A stretch of DNA of 64,000 bases, taken from the NCBI GenBank assembly GCA_964577825.1, contig CAZOBJ010000001.1, positions 11,421 through 75,420 on the forward strand, read 5' to 3'. Each line of letters starts with the position of its first letter. The first letter of the stretch is position 1. The position numbers were made by a program, and so were the translations under genes. Under the pieces are notes generated by a model, which saw nothing but the letters and a program-made list of their open reading frames with translations, had not been told where the DNA came from and ran no database searches. The stretch comes from an uncultured Planctomycetales bacterium (GTDB lineage Bacteria > Planctomycetota > SZUA-567 > JAFGNG01). Positions 8,984-18,791 of this stretch are shown in pieces.

Positions 8984-9625
8984 GTGCTTGTCATCCGCCT
9001 GGTGCTGGGGCCTCTGGAGACGAACGTGTACCTGCTCAGGGACCCTGGCAGCGGGGCGGGAGCCGTCGTGGACCCGGCCGGCGAGGCCGGCCGCATCGTC
9101 GAGAGATGCCGCGAGGAGCGCCTGACGCCGGAGTACATCGTCAATACGCACGCACACGTGGATCACGTCGGCGCGAACGCCGGCCTGAAGGAGGCGTTCC
9201 CGGCGGCTGTGCTCTGCATGGGTGAAGAGGAGGCCGGCACACTCGCCGACCCGGTGGCGAACCTTTCCGCCGCTTTCGGGCTGGCGGCGGGCGGGCCGGA
9301 GCCCGATCTCTGGCTCAGGGAGGGCGACGAGCTTCGTTTCGGCACGGTCGTGATGGAGGTTCTGGAGACGCCGGGGCACACCCCCGGCGGGATAAGCCTG
9401 CTGGCGCGGGGCGGGGGCATCCCGCAGCTCTTCTGCGGCGATGTCCTGTTCCGCCGCGGCGTCGGCAGGACGGACCTGCCGGGCGGCGATTGGGCGGCCG
9501 TGGTCGATTCGATCCGTCGGAAGCTCTTCACGCTGCCCGATGGCACGGTCGTCTGGCCGGGACACGGTGAGAGGACGACAATCGGCGAAGAGAAACGGGA
9601 GAACCCGTTTGTGGCGGCGCTTTGA
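8984..9625 (+). CDS. MBL-fold metallo-hydrolase (hydroxyacylglutathione hydrolase-like)
   Basis: The HxHxDH metal motif is present (NTHAHVDHVGAN), followed later by PGHTPG. At 213 aa the size is typical of GloB-like enzymes. Confidence 0.85.
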   Translation: MLVIRLVLGPLETNVYLLRDPGSGAGAVVDPAGEAGRIVERCREERLTPEYIVNTHAHVDHVGANAGLKEAFPAAVLCMGEEEAGTLADPVANLSAAFGLAAGGPEPDLWLREGDELRFGTVVMEVLETPGHTPGGISLLARGGGIPQLFCGDVLFRRGVGRTDLPGGDWAAVVDSIRRKLFTLPDGTVVWPGHGERTTIGEEKRENPFVAAL

Positions 9626-9657
9626 CGCAGCTTCAGGCAGCGACCAGGAGGACGGCA

Positions 9658-11259
9658 GTGGCGAGGATCCAGACAGCTCTGATAACAGTCGCGGATAAGA
9701 CCGGGGTCGCGCAGTTTGCGCAGCGACTCGTCGGGCTCGGAGTTGAACTCCTTGCCACGGGAGGGACGGCTCGCTTGCTGCGTGAGAGAGAGCTCGAGGT
9801 GACCGACGTCAGCGAGTACACGGGCTTCCCGGAGATACTGGACGGCGGCCTGCGCGTGCTTCACCCCAAGGTGACCGGCGGCGTTCTGGCCCGGCGCGAT
9901 CAGCGGCACCTGCGCGAGTTGGAGAAGCTTGGCATCCGCACGATCGACATGGTGGTCGTGAACCTCTATCCGCACGTCAGCCTGATATCGCAGCCCGGCG
10001 TCCGGCAGATGCAGGCGATTGAGGACATCGACATCGCCGGGCCGACCGTCGTCCGGGCGGCCGCCAAGAACTACACCCACGTGGCAGTCGTCACCAACCC
10101 GGCCACGTACGACAGCGTGGCGGAGGAACTTGAGAGCAACGACGTGCACCTCTCCGAGGAGACGCACTTCAAGCTCGCCCTGGACGCGTTCCGCCACACT
10201 GCTCACTATGACGCGGCCATCGCGAGGTACTTCGCCAGCATCCACGGCGAGGTGGGGACCGCCCTGGAGCAGATCACGCTGGAATACGACAAGAGGCAGG
10301 ACCTGCGCTACGGCGAGAACCCGCACCAGCGGGCCGCCTTCTACGTCGAGCAGGACGTCAAGGAGCCCTCGGTGAGCGGCGCCAGGCAGGTCGCCGGCCC
10401 CGTGCTCTCCTTCAGCAACGCCCTGGACCTCGATGCCGGGATCGAGCTAGCCAAGGAGTTCGAGCGCCCGGTCGCAGTGATCGTCAAGCTGGCGAATCCG
10501 TGCGGCGTTGCAGTCGCGAAGTCGCTCACCCGGGCCTACGAGAAGGCCTATCTGGCGGACCCGCGGGCCGCGTTTGGCAGCGCCGTTGTGCTCAATCGCC
10601 CTCTTGACGCGGACACGGCCCGGGCCGTCGCCGGCCCCGTAGTTGAGGTGGATGGCAAACCCGTGCCCCGTTTGGTGGAGTGCCTGGCTGCTCCGGGCTT
10701 CGAGGACGGGGCGCTGGACGCCCTCCGCGAGAAGGCTGACTGGGCAGCCCGTACGCGCCTGCTCGAGGTCGGGCCTCTGGGGCCGCGCGCCCGCGACGAG
10801 GCCAGCAAGGACTTCAAGCGCGTCACTGGCGGCGTGCTGCTGCAGGATCGCGACCTGATTGGGCTCGATCCCGGGGGGCTGAAGGTTGTTACGGGAACCG
10901 CCCCCAGCGCGCAGCAGATGCGGAATCTGAAGTTCGCCTGGCTCTGCTGCAAGCACGTCACGTCCAACGCCATCGTCGTGGCCAAGGGCAAGACGCTGGT
11001 GGGCGTCGGCGCGGGGCAGATGAGTCGCCTCGACGCAACCGTCCTGGCCCTGACCAAGGCCGGCGCAAGGGCGCGCGGAGCCGTGCTGGCCAGCGACGGC
11101 TTCTTCCGGTTCCCCGACGCCGTCCAGCGTGCGGCCGAAGCGGGCGTGGCGGCGATCATCCAGTCCGGGGGGGCGGAGCACGACCAGGCAGTCATTGAAG
11201 CCGCCGAACAGGCCGGGATCGCCATGGTCTTCACCGGCATCCGGCACTTCCGCCATTGA
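9658..11259 (+). CDS. purH: bifunctional AICAR transformylase / IMP cyclohydrolase
   Basis: The protein is PurH-like over its full length (ALITVADKTGVAQFAQRLVGLGVELLATGGTARLL, ...MVFTGIRHFRH at the C-terminus). The start is placed at GTG 9658, 6 nt after AGGAGG. The ORF opens at TTG 9622. Confidence 0.93.
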   Translation: MARIQTALITVADKTGVAQFAQRLVGLGVELLATGGTARLLRERELEVTDVSEYTGFPEILDGGLRVLHPKVTGGVLARRDQRHLRELEKLGIRTIDMVVVNLYPHVSLISQPGVRQMQAIEDIDIAGPTVVRAAAKNYTHVAVVTNPATYDSVAEELESNDVHLSEETHFKLALDAFRHTAHYDAAIARYFASIHGEVGTALEQITLEYDKRQDLRYGENPHQRAAFYVEQDVKEPSVSGARQVAGPVLSFSNALDLDAGIELAKEFERPVAVIVKLANPCGVAVAKSLTRAYEKAYLADPRAAFGSAVVLNRPLDADTARAVAGPVVEVDGKPVPRLVECLAAPGFEDGALDALREKADWAARTRLLEVGPLGPRARDEASKDFKRVTGGVLLQDRDLIGLDPGGLKVVTGTAPSAQQMRNLKFAWLCCKHVTSNAIVVAKGKTLVGVGAGQMSRLDATVLALTKAGARARGAVLASDGFFRFPDAVQRAAEAGVAAIIQSGGAEHDQAVIEAAEQAGIAMVFTGIRHFRH

Positions 11260-11272
11260 GAGGTCGCCTGCC

Positions 11273-12433
11273 ATGGCTCAGCCGGCGGAAGAGCCGCAGG
11301 TGCTGCACCTTGACGAACAGCGGGGCTGGCGCGGCGGCGAGCAGCAGATGCTGTACCTGGCCAAAGGGCTGCGGGCCCGCGCCGTTCGCACCGCCGCTCT
11401 CGTGCAGCCGGGCTGCGCCGCTGCGGAGCGCGTCCGCGCCAGCGGCGTTGACGTTCTCCGAACCCGCATGGCAGGGGAGGTGGACCTGCCGGCGGCCTGG
11501 CACATCGCCCGGCTGGCGCGGTCCAGTGGGTTCAACATCCTGCATTCCCACACGGCTCACACGCACATGCTGGCGCTGCTCGCGGCCCGCATGAACGGCG
11601 GCCGGTGCAAGGTCGTCTCGCACCGCCGCATCGAGTACCCCGTCGGGCGGGCCTTCCTGGGCCTGGGCAGGGTCAAGTACCTCTTCGGCGTGGACGCCTA
11701 CGTCGCCATCAGCAACCGCGTCAAGGAGACCCTTCTGGAAGCCGGCGTGCCCGAGTGGCGGGTCTTCGTCGTGCGCAGCGCCACGGACCCGGAACGGTTC
11801 CTGCACGTCCGGCCGCGGGCCGGCCTGCGCGCCAGCCTGGGGGTCCCGGACGACGCCTTCGTCGTCGGCAACATCGCTGCGCTGGTGGGGCACAAGGACC
11901 ACCGCACGTTGCTGGAAGCCTGCCGCGTCGTGCGGGACAACATGCCCCAGACGTGGGTGGTCATTGTGGGCGACGGGCCGCTGCGCGAGGAAGTGCGTGC
12001 CAAGGCGCGCAGCATGCACATGGACGACCGCCTCGTGATGACCGGGTTTCGGGACGACGTGCCGGAGCTTATCCGCGCCTTCGACGTGTTCGCCCTGAGC
12101 AGCTCGGAAGAAGGCCTCTGCAGCACGCTGCTGGAGGTGGCTGCCAGCGGCTGTCCCATCGTGGCCACGGACGCGGGCGGCGTCCGGGAGGCCGTGCTTC
12201 CCGATCGGACCGGCGTCATCGTTCCCACGCGCAGTCCGCGCGCCCTGGCTCAGGGCGTGCTCCAGCTGGCAGCGCACCCGCAGCAGGCCCGGCAGATGGC
12301 GGCCCGCGGCAGGGAGCGGGTCCGAACGCACTTCAACACCGACGTCCTGGCCGAGCGAACGCTGGAGGTCTACCGGCGTGTGCTGGCCGGCCGGGTGGGG
12401 CCGCAGTGGGAGGCAGGGCTCTGCGAGGACTGA
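11273..12433 (+). CDS. glycosyltransferase family 4 (GT-B, RfaB-like)
   Basis: The C-terminal GT1/GT4 motif is present (FALSSSEEGLCSTLLEVAASGCPIVATDAGGVRE). The start is set to ATG 11273 (MAQPAEEPQV), because the upstream part of ORF 11129.. overlaps purH. Confidence 0.85.
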   Translation: MAQPAEEPQVLHLDEQRGWRGGEQQMLYLAKGLRARAVRTAALVQPGCAAAERVRASGVDVLRTRMAGEVDLPAAWHIARLARSSGFNILHSHTAHTHMLALLAARMNGGRCKVVSHRRIEYPVGRAFLGLGRVKYLFGVDAYVAISNRVKETLLEAGVPEWRVFVVRSATDPERFLHVRPRAGLRASLGVPDDAFVVGNIAALVGHKDHRTLLEACRVVRDNMPQTWVVIVGDGPLREEVRAKARSMHMDDRLVMTGFRDDVPELIRAFDVFALSSSEEGLCSTLLEVAASGCPIVATDAGGVREAVLPDRTGVIVPTRSPRALAQGVLQLAAHPQQARQMAARGRERVRTHFNTDVLAERTLEVYRRVLAGRVGPQWEAGLCED

Positions 12434-12440
12434 ATGGGCC

Positions 12441-14006
12441 TCACTGGCCGTCGAACGTCCGCCCGGACGTGTGTGCCAGATACACTATGCAGCGCTCGCA
12501 CCCGCGGCTTGTCCGGCAGCAATCACGGTAAATCTGGTGCAGTCCCTGCTGGCGCCGCGTGGAGCCGACCACCTTTCGCGCTTCCTCACGGCTGCCGAAG
12601 ATCACCTGGTTCATGCGGCGCGTGACGGCGTTGCCCGGGCGGGGTGGCATACGCTGCCACACGAGCTGCATGCGCTCGGCAGTCTCGGTGTCGCCCTCCG
12701 CCCGCGCGTGGGCCAGCAGCATCGGCAGCAGCACGTCCACCAGGATGCTTGTGGCGCGCTGACGGCCAACGAGCGCTCGGGGGTTGCCGAACTTCTTCGC
12801 GCCGAAGCCGTAGCGATGCGACCAGTAGGGATGGTCGAGCTGGAGGAAGGTGTCCAGCAAGGCCCCCCGAAGCGCCGTGTCGAGACGCCCCCTTCCCGTG
12901 GGACGAGAGACGCCGGCGACGCGGCGCAGGAGGTGCGAGAAAAGCCCTCCGTGCAGGTGTCCGGCGTAGAGGCGCGCCAGGGCCGCGATCCGCCTCGTGG
13001 GATAGTTGGCGGGCCTGGTGCCGGCGAAGTGCCAGTGTTCCGGGCCGAGATTGACCTGGGTCGGCGGCGCGCCGAAGTCCCGCCACCTGCGCCGCAACTC
13101 ACCCACATGGGCGACCGTCTCAGGGTCCGCGTCTTCCGGCTCCACTGCTGCCAGGAAGCCGGCCACGGAGAAGAGGGCCGCCTCCAGAATCAGGGACTTC
13201 TCCTCGAACGTGGCGTCGGCCGGCACGCGTTCTCGCAGCAGGTGCGCCGGCAGCAGGCCGGCGAGCTGCATGAAGGGCATCCGGTTGTTCTTGTAGCCCA
13301 GCGCCTCGGCTACTCGCTCGTAGAGCAGTTGCTCCCGGGGGTGGTTCTCGAACAGCCCTGCGCACGTCGCCGCCCGCGTGAAGAGACGATGGTCCCCCGC
13401 CGCGTCCAGCAGTCCGCCGAGCCACTCGGGGCCGATCTCACCGGACGCGTACGCGGGTCCGCAGTACCTGCCCTCGACGGCCGCGCGTGCGTAGAGGGGA
13501 GTCTCATCCTCCGGACCGATGACCTCGACCAGCTCTTCGAGGTCCTCCTCGATCACGTTGCTCAGGGTGAGCTGGGGTATCTGCTTGCCGTCCTGGGCGA
13601 GGACGCACGGCTCGTCCCGGTCGTTCCACATGACGACGTGGAGCGCCACGTCGTTGTATTCGGGCTGTCTGTCGTGGCCGTGCGCGTGCCAGGAGGAGGC
13701 GAGGGTGTGTACTTCGACGTCGCCGACGACCCTGCCGGTGCCCTCGAGGACGAACTCCGCCCGGATGAAATCCGGTCCGCCCTCGACGTTCCACCAGCCG
13801 GGGGAGAGCACCTCCATGCGCCGCCCGTCGTCGGTGGTCAGTCCCTCCGAGGGGAAGTGGCTGCCGAACCAGACGCACCGCACGATCTCTTCGCGCACGC
13901 TCCGGCCGGCCAGGCCGTAGGTGGACTGCTTCTCGCCGAGTTCGGCGGCGAACTGCTCCCGCAGTTGCCCGTACACGTCGCAGAAGTCGTTCCGCTTCTC
14001 AGGCAT
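12441..14006 (-). CDS. DUF2851 family protein
   Basis: The N-terminal region matches the DUF2851 pattern (VWFGSHF...GWWNVEGGPDFIRAEF...GDVEVHTLASSWHAHGHDRQPEYNDVALHVVMWND). Confidence 0.8.
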   Translation of the reverse strand: MPEKRNDFCDVYGQLREQFAAELGEKQSTYGLAGRSVREEIVRCVWFGSHFPSEGLTTDDGRRMEVLSPGWWNVEGGPDFIRAEFVLEGTGRVVGDVEVHTLASSWHAHGHDRQPEYNDVALHVVMWNDRDEPCVLAQDGKQIPQLTLSNVIEEDLEELVEVIGPEDETPLYARAAVEGRYCGPAYASGEIGPEWLGGLLDAAGDHRLFTRAATCAGLFENHPREQLLYERVAEALGYKNNRMPFMQLAGLLPAHLLRERVPADATFEEKSLILEAALFSVAGFLAAVEPEDADPETVAHVGELRRRWRDFGAPPTQVNLGPEHWHFAGTRPANYPTRRIAALARLYAGHLHGGLFSHLLRRVAGVSRPTGRGRLDTALRGALLDTFLQLDHPYWSHRYGFGAKKFGNPRALVGRQRATSILVDVLLPMLLAHARAEGDTETAERMQLVWQRMPPRPGNAVTRRMNQVIFGSREEARKVVGSTRRQQGLHQIYRDCCRTSRGCERCIVYLAHTSGRTFDGQ

Positions 14007-14036
14007 GCTTGCGCGCCCTGGAAGCCGTTGCGCCGG

Positions 14037-14594
14037 TCACGCCCGGCCGAGGAACTCGCCCGTGCGCGTGTCCACCTGCACCCTGTCGCCTGTCTTGATG
14101 TGCCCGGGGACCTTTACCGTCAGACCCGTCTCCAGTTCGGCGGGTTTGGTGACTGTGGTGGCCGTGTCGCCCCGGACGGCGGGGTCGGTCCGGGCCACCT
14201 CCAGCACCACGCTCGACGGCATCTCGATGGCGACGGGCTGCCCCTCGTGCAGGGCCAGCTCCGCACCCGCATTGTAGGTGAGGTAGGGCAGCGCGTCGGC
14301 CAGAAGGTCCTCGCCGACGTGAAGTTGCTCCCCGGACTGCGGGTCCATGAACACGTACGCCGTGCCGTCCTGGTAGAGATACTCCATGCGCCGCTTCTCC
14401 AGAAATGCCCTGTCCACCTCGTCGCTGGAGGAGAAGCGGTTCGTCTCGACGTGGCCGTCATCCAGGTTCTGAAGTTTCATCTGGATGTACGCGCCCCTCT
14501 TGCCGGTGAAGGTCTGCTGCGTGTCGGTGACGCGCCAGAGGGCCTCTCGCCATCGGATGACGTTGCCTCTTTTTATCTGCACAGCACGAACCAT
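14037..14594 (-). CDS. efp: translation elongation factor P
   Basis: MVRAVQIKRGNVIRWREALWRVTDTQQTFTGKRGAYIQMKLQNL... is EF-P-like and 185 aa long. The start is trimmed from ORF 14037..14774 to ATG 14594. Confidence 0.92.
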   Translation of the reverse strand: MVRAVQIKRGNVIRWREALWRVTDTQQTFTGKRGAYIQMKLQNLDDGHVETNRFSSSDEVDRAFLEKRRMEYLYQDGTAYVFMDPQSGEQLHVGEDLLADALPYLTYNAGAELALHEGQPVAIEMPSSVVLEVARTDPAVRGDTATTVTKPAELETGLTVKVPGHIKTGDRVQVDTRTGEFLGRA

Positions 14595-14655
14595 CGCCGC
14601 GATCCCTTTCACTGCATTCAGCGCGTGGTGGCGTTGCCCCTGCCGAAGACTCGAC

Positions 14656-14684
14656 ATGATAGCGCACAGCGCCCTGCCGCACAA
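14656..14684 (-). promoter_or_regulatory. putative promoter of efp
   Basis: On the minus strand: TTGTGC (14684-14679), a 17-nt spacer, then TATCAT (14661-14656). It lies about 60 nt upstream of the efp start. Confidence 0.3.
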
Positions 14685-14767
14685 GACGCGCAAGGCTGTC
14701 CTTGCCCTCCTCCGCGCGGAAGGTATAGAATCCATCGTCCCGCGAGTCCGCCCCGTGAGGCCGGTAA

Positions 14768-16111
14768 ATGGCAAGTGCTGAAGAAGGATACTGGGTCAAG
14801 CCGCTCTCGCGGCCCGAGTCTGCTCATGCGGACCTCGCTTCGATCGTCTTCGTGGGCGACTTCTATCTCGAGCCGGCCCCGGAGACGCGGTCCGTCTCCG
14901 ACCTGGCGGCAAGCCCCGTGATCGACGCCCTGCGAGGCGCCTCGGCGGCGATAGTGAACCTCGAAGGCCCCCTGGCCGGCAGTGGAGAGCCCATCCCCAA
15001 GGTCGGGTCGCACATGTCCCAGGACCGCACGGCGCCGGGACTGCTCGCCGCGATGGGGTTCGACGTGGCCTGCCTGGCGAACAACCACATCATGGACTAC
15101 GGGTTGCCGGCCCTCGTGGACACCGTCCGGGCCTGCTCGCAGAGCGGCGTGCTGACCGTCGGGGCGGGCGTGGACGCGCGGCAGGCGGCGGCGCCCGTGA
15201 GGCTGGAGACTCCCGGGGGGCGCCCCGTTCGCGTACTGTCGTTCTGCGAGCGGGAGTTCAACGTCGGGGAGGACGGCGCGGGCGCCGCGTGGGTATCCAG
15301 CCCGGAGGCCGAGCGACTTGTCAGGTCTGCCGCGGCGGAGGGCGACCTTGTCGTCGTCTGCGCGCACGGCGGCCAGATGGACGTGCCCTTTCCGCCCGTG
15401 CAGCGTTGCCGCCAACTGCGCCGGTTCGTTGACGCCGGGGCGGACCTGGTCATCGGGCACCATCCTCACGTCCCCCAGGGGTGGGAATCGTGGCGCGGCC
15501 GGTTCATCTTCTACAGCCTGGGCGACTTCCTCTTCGGCAGCGCCGTCCGTGCCCAGAAGCCCAATCGTGATTGGGGCCTGCTGGTCAGGGCCCTGGCCGG
15601 TGACGGCGGCATTGAGGGCCTCCAGGTGCTCCCCGTGGAGCGCGCCGGGCGCGGGGTGGCGTTCATCTCCGACGAGGGCCGGCTGCGCGCCTGCACGGAG
15701 TATCTGCTGCGCCTCTCGGCAATCACGCCTGGCGACGCTCTGGTGCCCTACTGGCAGGAGGTCGCGGTGCGCCTCACGGAGGGGACGTATTGCCGCGTGT
15801 TGGAGGACGCGGTCATCGGGACGCCGGGCCGGCAGCCGCGCCGGGGCGTGCGCCTTCACAGGACCGTCTGGCTGCTCCGGCGGATCCTCGACCTCTGGTT
15901 CGCGAAGGGGCGCGGGCCGGAGCCTGCCCTCATCGGGCCCGCGTCAGAGCGCCAGTGGCCGCGCCTGCTGAACGCCCTGCGTTGCGAATCGCACCGCTGG
16001 GCAATGGAGACGGCGCTCGAGGTCCTCGGGGGGCAGTGCGAGGACCGACGCTCGCCCGACGTGGCCGCCGACGTCGCCGACCTGCTCGCCTGGCGACGGC
16101 CCGGTCCGTGA
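14768..16111 (+). CDS. CapA-family (poly-gamma-glutamate synthesis-type) metallophosphatase domain protein
   Basis: CapA/PGA_cap-like motifs are present (IVFVGDFYL, DVACLANNHIMDYG, VVVCAHGG, LVIGHHPHV). Confidence 0.75.
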   Translation: MASAEEGYWVKPLSRPESAHADLASIVFVGDFYLEPAPETRSVSDLAASPVIDALRGASAAIVNLEGPLAGSGEPIPKVGSHMSQDRTAPGLLAAMGFDVACLANNHIMDYGLPALVDTVRACSQSGVLTVGAGVDARQAAAPVRLETPGGRPVRVLSFCEREFNVGEDGAGAAWVSSPEAERLVRSAAAEGDLVVVCAHGGQMDVPFPPVQRCRQLRRFVDAGADLVIGHHPHVPQGWESWRGRFIFYSLGDFLFGSAVRAQKPNRDWGLLVRALAGDGGIEGLQVLPVERAGRGVAFISDEGRLRACTEYLLRLSAITPGDALVPYWQEVAVRLTEGTYCRVLEDAVIGTPGRQPRRGVRLHRTVWLLRRILDLWFAKGRGPEPALIGPASERQWPRLLNALRCESHRWAMETALEVLGGQCEDRRSPDVAADVADLLAWRRPGP

Positions 16112-16121
16112 AACTACGCGC

Positions 16122-17441
16122 TCACATCCAGACCAGCCACAGGAACGCCGCGCCGGCCCCCACCGCCGCCAGCGTGAAAGGCAGTCCGATCTTTACGAAC
16201 CCGAGGAAGTCCAGGGATTCGTCCTCGGTCCTGTTGATGAGCCCGTAGGCCACGATGTTGGCCGATGCGCCGATGGGGGTGACGTTGCCGCCCAGGCAGG
16301 CGCCGATCAGGAGCCCGAAGGGCAGGATGAGGTTTGTCGGGGCGAGCCCCATGCCGGTCCCCACGGTCTCCACCAGGGGGAGCATGGCCGCCAGGTAGGG
16401 CACGTTGTCCACGAACGCGCTGATCAGCACGCTGAAACCCACGACCAGCAGGAACGCGCCCAGCACGCTCTGGCCGGTCAGAGCGGTGATCCCGCGGGCC
16501 GCGCCGGCCACGACGCCGGCTTTGTCCAGCGCATAGACCAGGGTGAAGACGCCCGCCAGGAAGAAGGTCGTGCTCCAATCGTAGGACGTGAGCACCCTGG
16601 CCGCCGTCTGGCGGTCACGCGCGTAGAGCCACGCGCAGGCGACGGCCGCGGCCGTCATGCAGACGGCCGCGCCGAACCACACGAAGCCGGGATCCACCCA
16701 CGAAGCCCCCGCCAGACCGACGATCATGAGGCCCAGCAGGGCCGTGGGGAACCAGCTGCGCGGCTGCTCGCGCTCCATGCGCACGATCGGCTGCTTGTGG
16801 CGCCGGAACATCAGCCAGAGCACGGTGAACCCCGCGACGGCCCCGACCTGGATGGCGAAGAATATGCCCGGTTTGCCATGGAGCCAGAAGAAATCGTTGA
16901 AGTTCAGGCTGAACCGGGCGGCCAGAATCATGCTCGGCGGGTCCCCGATCAGCGTGGCCGTGCCCTGAAGGTTCGAGGAGATGGCGATTCCGACGATGAA
17001 AGGCACGCTGGAGACCTTCAGCTTGCGGGCGAGGGCCATCGCGACCGGCGCCACGATGAGCACGGTTGCCACGTTCTCGGCGACGGCGCTGATGACGCTC
17101 GCCAGGGCGCAGACCGCCAGGATGGCCCAGCCGACGTTCGGGCTCCTGTCAATCAAGATGTCCGCGCAGTAAGCCGGCACGCCGCTGTAGATGAACGCCT
17201 CCGCCACGACCAGCGTGCCGCAGAAGATGCCCATGACATTCCAGTTGATCGATGCCCAGCGGCCGGCCTCGCGCCGGAAGAGGTCTGCCAGACCAACGAC
17301 GGACTCCCCGCCGAAGAGGCGGGGCAGCAGAAAGAGCACCCCTATGCCGATCCAGATCGCCTTCGCTCGGTGCCGGCGGCTGACGATCAACCATAGGTAA
17401 ACGAGGATGAAAACGGCGACTGTGAGGGTGGTTTCATTCAT
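16122..17441 (-). CDS. ArsB/NhaD-superfamily permease (SLC13/citrate-transporter-like)
   Basis: This is a 439-aa polytopic membrane protein with ArsB/NhaD-like repeats (LQGTATLIGDPPSMILA, GGNVTPIGASANIV). Confidence 0.75.
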   Translation of the reverse strand: MNETTLTVAVFILVYLWLIVSRRHRAKAIWIGIGVLFLLPRLFGGESVVGLADLFRREAGRWASINWNVMGIFCGTLVVAEAFIYSGVPAYCADILIDRSPNVGWAILAVCALASVISAVAENVATVLIVAPVAMALARKLKVSSVPFIVGIAISSNLQGTATLIGDPPSMILAARFSLNFNDFFWLHGKPGIFFAIQVGAVAGFTVLWLMFRRHKQPIVRMEREQPRSWFPTALLGLMIVGLAGASWVDPGFVWFGAAVCMTAAAVACAWLYARDRQTAARVLTSYDWSTTFFLAGVFTLVYALDKAGVVAGAARGITALTGQSVLGAFLLVVGFSVLISAFVDNVPYLAAMLPLVETVGTGMGLAPTNLILPFGLLIGACLGGNVTPIGASANIVAYGLINRTEDESLDFLGFVKIGLPFTLAAVGAGAAFLWLVWM

Positions 17442-17606
17442 GAGGGTTGCAGTCTAATGCGCCGGCGCGGGGGCGGTCAACCGTCGGTCTCACGACGCGC
17501 GGCCGCGGCGGGGCGTCGTTCCTGCGCGGCCCCACACCGGGCGGGCGGGGCTCGTCTGACCCCAAAAGGCAGACCTGCCGGGCCGCACAGGGCGCGAGAG
17601 TTGCAG

Positions 17607-17635
17607 TTGACAGGAAAGGCCCAATGTAATACACT
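17607..17635 (+). promoter_or_regulatory. putative promoter of pheA
   Basis: A perfect TTGACA (17607-17612), a 17-nt spacer, then TACACT (17630-17635), in the 277-bp divergent intergenic region. Confidence 0.4.
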
Positions 17636-17718
17636 CACAGACCGCACTGTGTATGTTGAGAGTCCCGGTGTCACTCCCGCCGGTTACTATGTGCCCACCC
17701 ACGCCGGAAACAGCGCCC

Positions 17719-18783
17719 ATGGGGCTGGACGAACTGCGCAAGAGAATTGACGAATTGGACGGGAAGATCGTTCGTCTCATCAACGAGCGGGCGGGGGTGG
17801 CGCGGCAGATCGGCAAGCTTAAGAGCGACGACGGGGCGGCCGCGTATGTTCCGGCCAGGCACGAGATGGTCTATGGGAATGTGGCCGCTGCCAATGAAGG
17901 CCCATTGCCGGACGCCGTTTTCCGGGCCATCTATCGGGAGATAATGAGCGGCTGCCTCGCACTTGAGATGCAGCTCCGCGTCGCCTACCTGGGCCCGGAA
18001 GGGACGTTCACGCACGTGGCCGCGAGGGCGAACTTCGGCGATTCCGTTCAGTACGTGCCGGTCGCGACCATCGACGACGTGTTCGGCGAGGTCGAGCGCG
18101 GTCGGTCGGATTACGGAGTCGTGCCCGTGGAGAACTCGACGGGCGGAGGCATTCACGAAACGCTCACCCGTTTCTTGAACAGCTCCGTGAAAGTATGCGC
18201 CGAGATCACCCAGGAGATCCACCACGCCCTGCTGGCACGCTGCCCGGCAGTGGAAGTGAAGAAGATATACAGCCGGGGTCAGGTCTTCGCGCAGACGCGG
18301 CGTTGGCTTCAGTCGCACATGCGGGATGCCGAACTCAGGGAGGTCAGCAGCACGAGCGTCGCCGCCGAGACGGCTGCCCGGGAACAGGGCGCGGCCGCAA
18401 TCGCCAATGCCAGCATGGCCGCGGTGCACGGTCTCAATGTGCTGTATGACCACATCGAGGACTATTCGCACAACGTGACGCGGTTCTTCGTGCTGGGCGA
18501 CCATGCCAGCGGTCCCACCGGGGACGACAAGACGGCGATCCTCTGCAGCGTTCGGGACAAGGTCGGCGCGCTGTACGACCTGCTGACGCCGTTCAAGGAA
18601 CACGGCATCAACATGACGAAGATCGAGTCCTTCCCCTCGCCAGACGCGCCCTGGCAGTACTACTTCTTTGTTGACTTCCTGGGGCACCCCGACCAGGAAG
18701 AGATCCGGCTCGCCCTGGAGCAGATGGAGCAGGAGTGTGTGACGTTCAAAGTCCTGGGGGCTTTCCCCCACGGCCAGGGCTGA
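17719..18783 (+). CDS. pheA: bifunctional chorismate mutase / prephenate dehydratase (P-protein)
   Basis: A chorismate mutase helix (LDELRKRIDELDGKIVRLINERA) is followed by a prephenate dehydratase domain (RVAYLGPEGTFTHVAA) and a C-terminal ACT domain. The start is at ATG 17719 (MGLDELRK). The alternative ATG 17653 would add 22 non-conserved aa. Confidence 0.9.
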   Translation: MGLDELRKRIDELDGKIVRLINERAGVARQIGKLKSDDGAAAYVPARHEMVYGNVAAANEGPLPDAVFRAIYREIMSGCLALEMQLRVAYLGPEGTFTHVAARANFGDSVQYVPVATIDDVFGEVERGRSDYGVVPVENSTGGGIHETLTRFLNSSVKVCAEITQEIHHALLARCPAVEVKKIYSRGQVFAQTRRWLQSHMRDAELREVSSTSVAAETAAREQGAAAIANASMAAVHGLNVLYDHIEDYSHNVTRFFVLGDHASGPTGDDKTAILCSVRDKVGALYDLLTPFKEHGINMTKIESFPSPDAPWQYYFFVDFLGHPDQEEIRLALEQMEQECVTFKVLGAFPHGQG

Positions 18784-18791
18784 GGTCTTCG

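Noticed and set aside
12378-14921. 847-aa plus-strand ORF
   Set aside because: It is antisense to DUF2851 and efp, both of which have unmistakable family sequence. Its composition is typical of a high-G+C shadow ORF.
17642-17718. pheA leader peptide / attenuator
   Set aside because: ATG 17653 is in frame with pheA, with no intervening stop. There is no run of Phe codons and no terminator/antiterminator pair.
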